DNA of 64,000 bases, taken from contig CAUVQR010000002.1 of NCBI GenBank assembly GCA_963554165.1, positions 124,145 through 188,144 on the forward strand, in the 5' to 3' direction. Under the pieces are notes generated by a model. That model was not told where the DNA came from. It did not search any database and saw nothing but the letters and a program-made list of their open reading frames with translations. Origin of the DNA: an uncultured Candidatus Saccharibacteria bacterium (GTDB taxonomy: Bacteria > Patescibacteriota > Saccharimonadia > Saccharimonadales > Saccharimonadaceae). Each line of letters begins with the position of its first letter. Position 1 is the first letter of the stretch. Of the stretch, positions 35,650-45,238 are shown in pieces. The translations under genes were made by a program, and so were the position numbers.

Positions 35650-36177
35650 ATGCGCGAAACAATTGTAACTCCCAAATCAGCAGCAACTGCGTATGTGAGT
35701 GCGTTTTTTGTTGGTGAAGAGCGCCCAGCGGCACGGCTTGGTATGGTGACTGACCTCACCTTTGATGATAAAGATAATCCAGAATTTGATATAGCAATTG
35801 GTAATTATGGGGGGCATTGGCAGCTTGCTCAGCGTGCTGGTAAGCATAATTTGCGTGCACCATTGCCGCTGTGCTGTGCATATGACCAAGGCATGGCGCG
35901 TGGGTGGTTTGATGAAACACTTGGCGGTAGTGTGGCGCATGGCGTAGACGACCTCCGCGAGACGAATATTCAAACACCCGAAGAGACGCGGCGTATAGTG
36001 GCTATTGGTGGCTTGGTAGTAGCGCATTTTCTCGATAATCCACAGCAGGCATTCCTTGCTCACCTCAGTCGTCGGCACGCAATAGCCATGCAGTCATTTA
36101 ATACAGCACAACTGCAAGCACTTGAGCAAACGCACTACGCGCAGCTCATCCCTGGTAGTGCAACATTACCACAATAG
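35650..36177 (+). CDS. hypothetical protein (ARLG...DIxxGN family)
   Basis: ATG lies 5 nt after TATAAC. Similar to the 23800 ORF. Confidence 0.5.
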   Translation: MRETIVTPKSAATAYVSAFFVGEERPAARLGMVTDLTFDDKDNPEFDIAIGNYGGHWQLAQRAGKHNLRAPLPLCCAYDQGMARGWFDETLGGSVAHGVDDLRETNIQTPEETRRIVAIGGLVVAHFLDNPQQAFLAHLSRRHAIAMQSFNTAQLQALEQTHYAQLIPGSATLPQ

Positions 36178-36225
36178 ACTACCCATACTTTGCCTCTCAC
36201 CCCACAACCTTGTATACTAGAGCCT

Positions 36226-37758
36226 ATGGATCAGACACTTGCACAGGAGATTTTGCGTAGTGGTCAAAGTGCGCTGCTGACAGGGCCAGCGGGTACGGGC
36301 AAGACATATGTGTTGGGGCAGTTCATCCGCCAATGTAAGGCGGATGGCAAGTATGTCTCCGTCACTGCTACGACGGGGCTTGCGGCGACACACCTGGGTG
36401 GCAGCACCATCCACGCATGGGCGGGGATTGGCATCCACGATAGCTTGCCGAACAATTTTTTTGATCACCTGTCGAAGACGCGGCGCGATATCATTACTAA
36501 GACAGATGTGCTTATCATCGATGAGATTAGTATGCTACACGACTATCGCCTGGATATGATCGACGAAGTGTGCCGCCGGGTGCGTGAGGTGCCGAATCAG
36601 CCTTTTGGTGGGCTGCAGGTAGTGATGAGCGGAGACTTCTTTCAGCTCCCGCCTGTTAATCGCGATGGCGGGCGGCAGGGGAGCTTTGTGGTGCAGTCGC
36701 AAGCTTGGCGCCAGCTCGACCCAGCCATTCTCTACCTCGACCAGCAATACCGCCAGCAAGAGGGCGACGCTCTGCTCGATATCCTAACGGCTATGCGAGC
36801 TGGTGATCTGCGCCGACGCCATGCCGAGCAATTACTGGCCCGCACAGAGGTAGAGCCACCTCACGAGAGCGACCTAACCGAGCTTCATACCGTCAATATC
36901 GACGTCGATCGGATCAACCAAGCCCGCCTCGCTGAGCTGCCTGGCGACGAAGTATCGTACCAGCGCAGCAGCACTGGTGGGCAAAATTATGTCGATGCCT
37001 TGCAGCGGAGCATCCTCGCGCCAGAGGTGCTGGTGCTCAAGCGGGGTGCACTGGTGATGGCTATCAAGAACGACCAAGCACGGCGCTTTGCTAATGGGAG
37101 CATTGGCCAGGTAGCAGGCTTCGAGCCAGACACAGACTACCCGGTGGTGGAATTTCGTAATGGCCATGTGGTGACAATGCAGCCCGACACCTGGGAGCTG
37201 CGCGATGGTACGCGCAAGCGGGCCAGTATCTCGCAGTTGCCACTGCGCCTGGCTTGGGCGATTACTGTGCACAAGAGCCAGGGGATGACGCTCGATAGCG
37301 CACGCATCGACCTACGCAAAGCCTTTGTTCCGGGTATGGGCTATGTAGCACTGAGCCGCGTTAAGAGTCTCGATGCTATATATCTCACCGGCATCAACCG
37401 GATGGCGCTTACCATGAGTGATGAAGCGTACATCATCGACACGCAGCTGCGCACTCGTGCCGCCCAAGATGCTGAGCGCTTTGCCCATCTGCGCGAACAG
37501 GTTGCTCAGCGTGCTACGATGCCGCAGAAAAAGCCAACGAGTAAAACTGGCAGCACTAGCTGGGCGGCCAAAATCGCCACAATGCGCCAGACCCACCCCA
37601 ACGCCTACAAACCATGGACAAAAGTCGACGACGAGACACTCAAGCAAGGCTTCGTCCAAGGTGTGAGCATCCGCCAGCTCAGCCGCGAGCTCGGCCGGCA
37701 CGAAGGCTCAATAAAAATGCGATTGCAAAAGCATTTTGGTGAGGATGCGGTGCAGTAG
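36226..37758 (+). CDS. Pif1/RecD-family (SF1B) ATP-dependent DNA helicase with C-terminal HTH-like tail
   Basis: Walker A TGPAGTGKT. VLIIDEISML, FGGLQVVMSGDFFQLPPV, ITVHKSQGMT. Start set to ATG 36226. Confidence 0.85.
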   Translation: MDQTLAQEILRSGQSALLTGPAGTGKTYVLGQFIRQCKADGKYVSVTATTGLAATHLGGSTIHAWAGIGIHDSLPNNFFDHLSKTRRDIITKTDVLIIDEISMLHDYRLDMIDEVCRRVREVPNQPFGGLQVVMSGDFFQLPPVNRDGGRQGSFVVQSQAWRQLDPAILYLDQQYRQQEGDALLDILTAMRAGDLRRRHAEQLLARTEVEPPHESDLTELHTVNIDVDRINQARLAELPGDEVSYQRSSTGGQNYVDALQRSILAPEVLVLKRGALVMAIKNDQARRFANGSIGQVAGFEPDTDYPVVEFRNGHVVTMQPDTWELRDGTRKRASISQLPLRLAWAITVHKSQGMTLDSARIDLRKAFVPGMGYVALSRVKSLDAIYLTGINRMALTMSDEAYIIDTQLRTRAAQDAERFAHLREQVAQRATMPQKKPTSKTGSTSWAAKIATMRQTHPNAYKPWTKVDDETLKQGFVQGVSIRQLSRELGRHEGSIKMRLQKHFGEDAVQ

Positions 37759-37893
37759 TGCATCGCTATCCCAAAGCCTTGGCTCGTCTCATATTTTTCG
37801 TAAAATATAGCAAACAAAAATGAATATTATTCTAGCATATGCAGCTCTTGCACAAGAGCTGTAAACGTCTCAGCAGCTCCCGTAAGTTACTAA

Positions 37894-37923
37894 TTGACAA
37901 ACCTCCTAGATATCTCTTACAAT
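37894..37923 (+). promoter_or_regulatory. sigma70-type promoter of the 37952 cassette
   Basis: TTGACA (37894-37899), 18-nt spacer, TACAAT (37918-37923). Downstream SD is TAAGGAG. Confidence 0.5.
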
Positions 37924-37951
37924 AAAGTAATCTAGACAATAAGGAGAAAAT

Positions 37952-38773
37952 ATGGCAAATCCAGAGAGAGAGAGAGCCTTAACAGGTAGCGCTGAGCGCC
38001 GAAGTATAAAACACTCCACGATCATCCAGTCGTTGGGTCAGTTGTCGACCCATCGCGTGATCACACTAGAAAATACATCACCAAGTACAGCTAGCATCAT
38101 AAAACAACCGACAGGTGCCGCCTCCATCCGACAGAATAGTGTTTTCCTTAGCGCTCGAGAAAAGATGAAAGACAGCTTCATTATGTTGGGGTATGTAAAG
38201 GAATCTCAAGCGACCATGCGGCTTAATTCACATGATATTGCCTATGTAGAGATGAACTCGTCTGGAAGGGTATCTCTTGAAAAAAACGAGACGGGTGTGA
38301 TAGCGACAAGCGGGTTGGCAGGCTGCACTGGTGTGGCTGGTTTTGCAAAAAGTCGAGATGGGAAAATTCAATCGTTTGTTTCGCATTATGATGCTCTGAG
38401 TCAGAATAGCCGCATAACAGGAAAAGATAGTCCGGTTAATCGGGATCTCTATACTTTTCGCTACCAAGTAGAAAAAGACGACACCCAAAGTACGCCATTG
38501 TATGTTGTTTCATATCCTGCATCGAGTTGCTATGATCAGGATTATGGTAAGCGACGGGGAGTGTTTCGAGAATGGCATTATATGGACCAGATCAATACTA
38601 CAATAGCGCAGCTGGGCAAAAACGCACAAGTCCTCCTCTTGCCATATGAGCTTAACTCACAAGGTCACTCTCTTGCGAGTGGCCGTATGGATGGCAAAGA
38701 AGGGATATTTTGGGATGGTGTCTATATTGATTTTGCTGACTATATTGGCGATACGGTAACTAACAAACAGTAA
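37952..38773 (+). CDS. hypothetical protein with Cys...His motif (possible CheD/CNF1-like deamidase or thiol hydrolase fold)
   Basis: TSGLAGCTGVAGFAKSRDGKIQSFVSHYD resembles CheD T.GLGSCV(17)H in residue order and spacing. No TM helix or signal peptide. Lower GC. Confidence 0.5.
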   Translation: MANPERERALTGSAERRSIKHSTIIQSLGQLSTHRVITLENTSPSTASIIKQPTGAASIRQNSVFLSAREKMKDSFIMLGYVKESQATMRLNSHDIAYVEMNSSGRVSLEKNETGVIATSGLAGCTGVAGFAKSRDGKIQSFVSHYDALSQNSRITGKDSPVNRDLYTFRYQVEKDDTQSTPLYVVSYPASSCYDQDYGKRRGVFREWHYMDQINTTIAQLGKNAQVLLLPYELNSQGHSLASGRMDGKEGIFWDGVYIDFADYIGDTVTNKQ

Positions 38774-38814
38774 CAAGTTTAGTTATAAAGGTATAGTTGT
38801 AGTAGAATAGCTAC

Positions 38815-39930
38815 ATGCATAACGAACCAAACACACAAACCCCCACTACCGATACCACCCCAGTAACGCCACCAGAGCTAGCTGCTGCGCCGCAGAGTGA
38901 TGCAGACGTAGCCGCCCATGCCGAGGCTCAGCCAACAGATACTACCGCACAGTCTACTGCTGACACGTCTACCGATGCTACCGACATCTTCCTCTGGGCC
39001 AACCAAGCCGATCGCGACAAAGACCAGTTAGAGGTGGATCTCTTCCTCTTTACCAAGGGCTATACAGTGTATGCCACCAATTATGCGGCCGAGCTCAAGG
39101 CGCAGCTCAAGGTGCTCTTCCTCTACGATATGATCACAGCGGTGCAGACGGGTGCAGCGACCGGCCTGATGGTACGCGACTTTGAGGCGGCTAAGGCTGA
39201 GGAGAATGTCCTTGAGCGCACCACGCTCGACCGGGTAGTGCATGCTCAGGAAGTGATCGAGCAGATCACCTACAACGAGGCAGATCTCGAGACCTTCAAC
39301 GAGGGTGACCATGAGTTTAAGAAGGTTAAGGGTATCATTGCGCGCTTCCGGATGGGCACAGATGGCGAGCCATTCTTTGTGGCCAAGCTACTACCACAGT
39401 CGCAGGTGCTCAAGGGAGCAACCGCCTGGATGTACAGTGGTGGGTCGTTCCAGCCATTTGTGGCTGATGCTGGCCTACGCATCACGCCGGATAATCAGGT
39501 ATTGATCGTTGGCAACGATATCTTTGCCTTTAGCGAGAGTAAATTCGTCCGGCTCTTTGGCTACGATGCCAAGAAACACGCTGTGGCGGAGGAGAAGATT
39601 GCTGCCATCACTCAGCAGTTCAAGCTTACCTTGCCTGAGGGTTTGACGCTCGATCGCCTGGTGCGCGACACGCCAGCGCTGGTGGCTAAGCTGCAAAAGC
39701 TCGACCCGGCGCAGGTGACACAAGACCAACTGATCGACCACGCTGACGAAATGGGTCTAGGCCTGATGACGGACGACGCGGCAGGGAGTATCATTATCAT
39801 GGATGCCAAGGATGCGGCCGTTTTCGTCAATCTCCTCAACGACGACTACGTCACGAGCGACCTGACCGGCGTCAAATACGAAATGCGCGGCAAGAAGATC
39901 TTGCGCGAGAATGAGCAATTGCCGGAGTAG
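38815..39930 (+). CDS. DUF4868 / KwaB-like protein with acidic T/A/D-rich N-terminal tail
   Basis: The block NDIFAFSESKFVRLFGYD and the C-terminal LLNDDYVTSDLTGVKYEMRGKKI resemble my recollection of DUF4868 conserved blocks. Not searched. Confidence 0.4.
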   Translation: MHNEPNTQTPTTDTTPVTPPELAAAPQSDADVAAHAEAQPTDTTAQSTADTSTDATDIFLWANQADRDKDQLEVDLFLFTKGYTVYATNYAAELKAQLKVLFLYDMITAVQTGAATGLMVRDFEAAKAEENVLERTTLDRVVHAQEVIEQITYNEADLETFNEGDHEFKKVKGIIARFRMGTDGEPFFVAKLLPQSQVLKGATAWMYSGGSFQPFVADAGLRITPDNQVLIVGNDIFAFSESKFVRLFGYDAKKHAVAEEKIAAITQQFKLTLPEGLTLDRLVRDTPALVAKLQKLDPAQVTQDQLIDHADEMGLGLMTDDAAGSIIIMDAKDAAVFVNLLNDDYVTSDLTGVKYEMRGKKILRENEQLPE

Positions 39931-40271
39931 GGAAGAGATATTTTCTGTGTCTAGCTAGTATCATGCTATTGGACAAGAAAATATCTGGAGGCCAGCGACC
40001 AAGCAAGCGGGAGAGCTCTGTATTTCGTCATAGGGTGTTGATCTCAAAACTCTCATGTATTCTCACGCTCCACCTCCCCACACTCCCTCCTCAGGAACAC
40101 TATAAGGGTCGATATTCACTGGATATCGACCTCTTGCGCTGGGCTGCAAACAGATTATTGCAATCTGTTTTCACACTCCATCGGATGAAGTGATGGGAAG
40201 GTGGAGCGAGCGCAGAGAAAGAGAGACGATGCATCCACCCAATAATTCTATTTTTCTTAATCTTCTGCTGA

Positions 40272-40280
40272 TGGTACAAT
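40272..40280 (+). promoter_or_regulatory. extended -10 box TGgTACAAT, 7 nt before the ATG at 40288
   Basis: Read directly; no SD. Confidence 0.45.
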
Positions 40281-40287
40281 AAGCATT

Positions 40288-41832
40288 ATGGCTAAGCAAC
40301 AATCTACGGTGCAATTTCCAAAACATTTCCTCTGGGGTGCTGCCACGAGCGCGCATCAGGTCGAGGGTGGTATGCACAACCAGTGGTCGGAGTGGGAAAA
40401 AGCTCAGGCCAAGACCCTCGCTGCTCAGAGCCAATATCAATACGGCGATTTGCCCAACTGGCCGCACATAGCTAGTGCCGCCAAAGATCCAAACAATTAT
40501 ATCTCGGGCAAAGCCGCCAACCACGCCGAGCTCTACGCCCAAGACTTCGCCCTGGCCAAGAAGATGGGCCTGACCTCGTGGCGCTTTAGTGTGGAGTGGT
40601 CGCGCATCGAGCCAGAAGAGGGCGCGTGGAATGCCGAGGCGATCAAATATTACAAGGCGTACTTGGCCGCGCTGGCCGATGCTGGGCTGGAGCCCGTCGT
40701 GACGCTGTTTCACTTCACGCTGCCGGTATGGTTTGCTGCCCAGGGGGGCTTTGCTAAGCGCGATAATGTGAAGTACTTCGTGCGCTTTGTCGATAAACTG
40801 ATGGATGAGATTGGCGCTACGGTGCGCTATGTCGTTACCATTAATGAGCCCTGCGTCTACGTGACCGAGAGCTACTACAACGGCACCTGGCCACCCAACG
40901 TCCGCAGCAAGTGGCAGACCTATCGCGTGCTAAGCAACCTTGCCTACGCGCACAACCAAGTAGCCAAAGTCCTCCACGCCAAGAGTCGGCGCTTCAAGGT
41001 GGCGGTGGCCAAAAACTCGGCCTACACCTACCCGGGTGATGACGCCTGGCTCAGCCGAGCGACGGCGCGGGTGGTGCAGTTCTTCCAGGACGATTATTTC
41101 CTGCGCAAGGTGGTGCGGCAGAGTGATTACATTGCCGTTAATTATTACTTTAGTAATCGCATCTATGGCTACCGCATCCACAACCCTGAGACCACGCCAA
41201 ATGATCTCGGCTGGACAATGCAGCCCGATCATCTCGAGCTTGCACTTGAGCGTCTCTGGGGCCGCTACAAGCTGCCTCTGCTCGTGACGGAGAACGGTGT
41301 GGCCGACGAGCGCGACCAGTTTCGCAAGCAATGGCTCACTCAGTCTATCCTTGCTATGCAGCGCGCCCTTGGCAATGGAGTAGAGCTGCTGGGGTATATG
41401 CACTGGAGCTTCCTCGATAACTTCGAGTGGGACAAAGGGTTTTGGCCACGCTTTGGCCTCTTTGCGGTCGACTACAAGACGTATAAGCGGACGCCGCGCC
41501 CCAGTGCGCTATGGTTTGCTCGTGTATTGCAACAGCAGAAGAAACAGGCAGAGCGGCCTATTGAGCCATTGCCGTCTGTACCAGCGCGCAAGAAGCCGAG
41601 TGCTAAGCCAGCTACCGCACAGGCGCAAGCTACATCATCATCGCCGCGCTCTACTCGCTCTACACCAGCAGTGCCACCCAAACCGACGCCGCCAACGCCA
41701 CCCCAAACACCCCAAATGCCACCATCTACACCAGGGTCAGCGGCACGCTCTAGCGGGGTGATTGCACCACCGCGTCGACCAGCAGTCGCATCACGTAGTC
41801 GTTCACGTAGTCATAATAATCGGGAGGAATAA
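40288..41832 (+). CDS. glycoside hydrolase family 1 beta-glucosidase with about 95-aa Pro/basic C-terminal tail
   Basis: FPKHFLWGAATSAHQVEGG; acid/base TINEP; nucleophile VTENG. No signal peptide. Confidence 0.9.
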   Translation: MAKQQSTVQFPKHFLWGAATSAHQVEGGMHNQWSEWEKAQAKTLAAQSQYQYGDLPNWPHIASAAKDPNNYISGKAANHAELYAQDFALAKKMGLTSWRFSVEWSRIEPEEGAWNAEAIKYYKAYLAALADAGLEPVVTLFHFTLPVWFAAQGGFAKRDNVKYFVRFVDKLMDEIGATVRYVVTINEPCVYVTESYYNGTWPPNVRSKWQTYRVLSNLAYAHNQVAKVLHAKSRRFKVAVAKNSAYTYPGDDAWLSRATARVVQFFQDDYFLRKVVRQSDYIAVNYYFSNRIYGYRIHNPETTPNDLGWTMQPDHLELALERLWGRYKLPLLVTENGVADERDQFRKQWLTQSILAMQRALGNGVELLGYMHWSFLDNFEWDKGFWPRFGLFAVDYKTYKRTPRPSALWFARVLQQQKKQAERPIEPLPSVPARKKPSAKPATAQAQATSSSPRSTRSTPAVPPKPTPPTPPQTPQMPPSTPGSAARSSGVIAPPRRPAVASRSRSRSHNNREE

Positions 41833-41835
41833 TAC

Positions 41836-42834
41836 ATGGCACAGAGCAATGGTGGAGCACGCGTCGTCGTCATCGGCGGCGGGACAGGGAGCTTTACGCT
41901 CCTGACAGGTCTGAGGCAGTATGCCTCGCAGGTCACGGCACTCGTCAATATGGCAGATGATGGCGGCTCGACGGGCCAGCTGCGTGATGAGCTCGGCGTC
42001 TTGCCGCCTGGTGATGTGCGCCAGTGCCTCGTGGCGTTGAGCAATAGCCCCAAGGTGCGCGACCTCTTTAATTATCGCTTCGATGAAGGGAGCTTCAAGG
42101 GGCATGCCTTTGGCAATCTCTTCCTCACAGCCCTTGAGAAAATGACCGGCAGCTTTGCCGAGGCGGTGGCATTAGCCAGCCAGGTGCTTAATATCGATGG
42201 GTGCGTTGTGCCCGCTACGCTGAGCAATGTGACACTCTGCGCGGAGGGTGAGGATGGTCAGCCTATCAAGGGTGAATATCTCATCTCACAGCAGGCGCTA
42301 GCGCGTCGGCCCAAGATTTGGCTCGAGCCAGAAGCCCAGGCCAACCCCGCCGCGGTGGAGGCAATTCGCACCGCCGATATGGTCGTTGTGGCTCCTGGCA
42401 ACCTCTATGGTAGCCTCGCACCTGTCTTGGTCATTCGCGAGATCCAAGAGGCGCTTGCTGCCACCACAGCACGCTGCGTCTTCGTCTGCAACCTCGTTAC
42501 CAAGCCCGGCCCAACGGACGGCTTTTCGGTAAGCGACTTCGCGAGTGAGATCGAGCGCCTAGCAGGCAGTCAGTTCCTCGACTATGTCGTCTTCAACAAC
42601 ACGCGCCCCAGCCCCGAGCTTATGGACAAGTACGCTCACGATGGCGAGCTGATGGTCGAGTACGATATGGACGAGATGCACCGCCAGCACTATCGCTATC
42701 GTGCCGCACCAGTCCTCGCACAAGACGTGTGGGATGGTGCCCAGGCTAGCGATCCACTGGCTAGCACGCGCAGCTTCATCCGGCACGACCCTGATGTCGT
42801 GGCGCGCCAGCTGATGCGGATATACTTTGCATAA
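41836..42834 (+). CDS. yvcK: YvcK/CofD-family (gluconeogenesis factor, UPF0052) protein
   Basis: VVVIGGGTGSFTLLTGL....VTALVNMADDGGSTG.LRDE.GVLPPGD.R. Confidence 0.9.
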   Translation: MAQSNGGARVVVIGGGTGSFTLLTGLRQYASQVTALVNMADDGGSTGQLRDELGVLPPGDVRQCLVALSNSPKVRDLFNYRFDEGSFKGHAFGNLFLTALEKMTGSFAEAVALASQVLNIDGCVVPATLSNVTLCAEGEDGQPIKGEYLISQQALARRPKIWLEPEAQANPAAVEAIRTADMVVVAPGNLYGSLAPVLVIREIQEALAATTARCVFVCNLVTKPGPTDGFSVSDFASEIERLAGSQFLDYVVFNNTRPSPELMDKYAHDGELMVEYDMDEMHRQHYRYRAAPVLAQDVWDGAQASDPLASTRSFIRHDPDVVARQLMRIYFA

Positions 42835-42864
42835 ATATCAAGGACTGGCTATACTGTAATAATT

Positions 42865-43653
42865 ATGGAATACCCATCGAGCCATTACCATATCTACATT
42901 GATCTCGATCGGACGATCATCAACACCACGCAGTGGTTGCGCGAGATAGCGGAGGCACTCGCCCAGCTCTACCCGGCGCAGGTGACCGCCAAGGAATTCT
43001 TGGCGGCGCAGCCTCGCTACATGCTCCGGCCCAAGACGAACCCCACCGCGCCGACCTACGTCTTGGCGGCACAGCTTGCGGCGCTTGGTCTCGATGCGGC
43101 ATCTGTTATTGAGCAGCTCGAGCAGACGACGCTCGCCGATGGCCACCTCCAGTATCCCGGCGTGGCACAGATGCTGCGCACGCTCAGCCACTATGGCACG
43201 GTGCAGGTGCTAACCTACGGCGACCCCATCACCCCGCACTGCAAAGCCCGCCTGTGCCCAGCAGTGCGTGCGCTCGTGGCTCAGCAGGGTGGGCAGGTGA
43301 TCATCACCACCTTGCAAGACAAAGCCCAGTGGCTGCGCCGTGCTGCCGCTGCAAACCCCGGCCAAACAATCTACCTGATCGACGATAAGCCCGTTGCCAC
43401 CGTCTTTGCGCCTGAGTCAGACCCGCCCATCCGCTGCGTGCAGATCGACCACACTGGTCAGCTTACGTCGCGCCCCGCCAATTGGCTCGCTGGAGAATGG
43501 CCCATTTGTCATACGTTAGCTCAAGCAACTAATATCATACAAGGAGACATCGAGTATGCACTGCACCAAAGCAATCATCCCCGTAGCAGGCTGGGGGACA
43601 CGGCGCCTGCCCGTCACCAAGACGATCGAAAAATGCATGTTGCCGCTGGGTAA
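42865..43653 (+). CDS. HAD-superfamily-like hydrolase (tentative)
   Basis: Motif I-like IYIDLDRT. LIDDK may be motif IV. The 3' 98 nt overlap galU. Confidence 0.45.
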   Translation: MEYPSSHYHIYIDLDRTIINTTQWLREIAEALAQLYPAQVTAKEFLAAQPRYMLRPKTNPTAPTYVLAAQLAALGLDAASVIEQLEQTTLADGHLQYPGVAQMLRTLSHYGTVQVLTYGDPITPHCKARLCPAVRALVAQQGGQVIITTLQDKAQWLRRAAAANPGQTIYLIDDKPVATVFAPESDPPIRCVQIDHTGQLTSRPANWLAGEWPICHTLAQATNIIQGDIEYALHQSNHPRSRLGDTAPARHQDDRKMHVAAG

Positions 43654-44377
43654 CCGCCCGGTAGTAGACTACGCCGTGCAAGACTGCATCGCGGCGGGCA
43701 TCCGCGATATCTACTTCGTGGTGAGCGAGCAAAGTACGCAGATTCGCGACTTCTACCGCTCCAATGTCGATCTCAACAACTACCTACGCCGCAATGGTAA
43801 GGCAGATCTCTTGCCTCTTATCGCTCCGCCAAAGGTCAATCTGCACTACATGGTGCAATCGAGCTATGGTAAGTACGGCACAGCCATCCCAGTCAGCCTG
43901 GTGGTGCCGCAGCTCGACCCCGGTGAACCAGTGGTCGTGCTGATGGGTGATGACTGTGTGTATAATGCCGATGGCACATCAGAGGTGGCGCGCCTCATTG
44001 AGGCAGCAGGGGAAGACCGCTCGGCCATCCTAGGTGTACACATGCCACCCAACCAGCTGAGCCACTACGGCGTGCTGGATGTTGCCGATGATGGCCGGCT
44101 GCGCGGCGTGGTAGAGAAGCCAGCGCCAGGTAAGGCACCAAGCGAAATGATCAATGTCAGCAAATACGTCCTCAGCCACGACCTCCTGCAGCGCATTGCT
44201 GCCCACGCCGACCGTGACGACGTCGCGGGTGAATACTACATCACCGACCCCTTCAACGACTACCTCGCCGCTGGTGGCCACATGGCCGTCGTCCCTACCA
44301 AGGGTCACTACCTCGACACTGGCACGCTCGAGACCTGGGTAGCAGCCAACAACTGGCTGCTCGAGCATCAGGGGTAG
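43556..44377 (+). CDS. galU: UTP--glucose-1-phosphate uridylyltransferase
   Basis: KAIIPVAGWGTRRLPVTKTIEKCMLPL..RPVVDY.V......GI..I.FV. SD AAGGAG. Confidence 0.85.
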   Translation: MHCTKAIIPVAGWGTRRLPVTKTIEKCMLPLGNRPVVDYAVQDCIAAGIRDIYFVVSEQSTQIRDFYRSNVDLNNYLRRNGKADLLPLIAPPKVNLHYMVQSSYGKYGTAIPVSLVVPQLDPGEPVVVLMGDDCVYNADGTSEVARLIEAAGEDRSAILGVHMPPNQLSHYGVLDVADDGRLRGVVEKPAPGKAPSEMINVSKYVLSHDLLQRIAAHADRDDVAGEYYITDPFNDYLAAGGHMAVVPTKGHYLDTGTLETWVAANNWLLEHQG

Positions 44378-44416
44378 GAGCTTAATACCAGTAGCATTCT
44401 TAAGAACACACCTCCT

Positions 44417-44845
44417 ATGCCGCAACAGCCGATTCCACCCCAGTCTCAGCCACAGCCACCCCAGCAAGCGCAGCCACGGCAACCCACAGCATCACCCGCC
44501 TCGGCTCGTCAGTGCGCAGCCCTGGGTACGGTGCTTGGTGTAGGTGGTGTGTGTAGTGGCATTATTAGCATTCTCATGTTAATCGCGAGCACTACTTTGG
44601 ATGAATCTACTAATATGAATCGTGCTGCTTTTTCTGTCGCCATTGTTGCCAGTGTTGCTGGTATTATCCTTGGTATCAACTCTTACGACAAACTGCGCGA
44701 AGCGGGCGCATCGCGTGCATGGGGCATAGCGAGTATTGTGTGCAGCGCTGTCGTGGCTGGGTGGATTGTGTTGCAGATTTTGTATCTTATTGTAATGATA
44801 GCCCTTTTTCTTGTTACGTTATTGATCGATTCTCTACAGAAGTAG
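44417..44845 (+). CDS. small membrane protein with Q/P-rich N-terminus (DUF4190-like)
   Basis: PQQPIPPQSQPQPPQQ... followed by three or four TM helices. Confidence 0.5.
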   Translation: MPQQPIPPQSQPQPPQQAQPRQPTASPASARQCAALGTVLGVGGVCSGIISILMLIASTTLDESTNMNRAAFSVAIVASVAGIILGINSYDKLREAGASRAWGIASIVCSAVVAGWIVLQILYLIVMIALFLVTLLIDSLQK

Positions 44846-45019
44846 GTGGAGAGCTCGTGACATGTCTGTCTGGATATTAATTAGATCATAGCTTGTTAAA
44901 ACTTTATACAAAAACACAGCCCACCAACTGCCACGGCCAAATCGGGCTTCCAGGCCCGAGAATACTCGAGAGAGTACTCAATCAGGCGTGGTGATATGGC
45001 GGGCTGTGTTGGTGGGCTT

Positions 45020-45238
45020 TTAGCCCTCTGTCACCCAGAAACACACGATATAGCGTGCATTCACATGTGTGATATCACTAGGGTCACTATAGAATGCAGC
45101 GAGAAAATCACCATTTCTTACTGCATTCTCAATGTCGCTAACCGCTATCTCTGGGGTTCTATATGTTCTGTTGATGATTAAAGACGGAGCAGTCTCTGCG
45201 TCTCTACTCATTCTGACCCGAACACTGTACTTCTTCAT
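45020..45238 (-). CDS. hypothetical small protein (72 aa)
   Basis: AGGAGA SD 6 nt upstream of the ATG. No domain recognised. Confidence 0.4.
   Translation of the reverse strand: MKKYSVRVRMSRDAETAPSLIINRTYRTPEIAVSDIENAVRNGDFLAAFYSDPSDITHVNARYIVCFWVTEG

Noticed and set aside
40171-40713. 180-aa minus-strand ORF overlapping the GH1 start
   Set aside because: It is antisense to a strongly supported GH1 gene and its promoter. No motifs were recognised.
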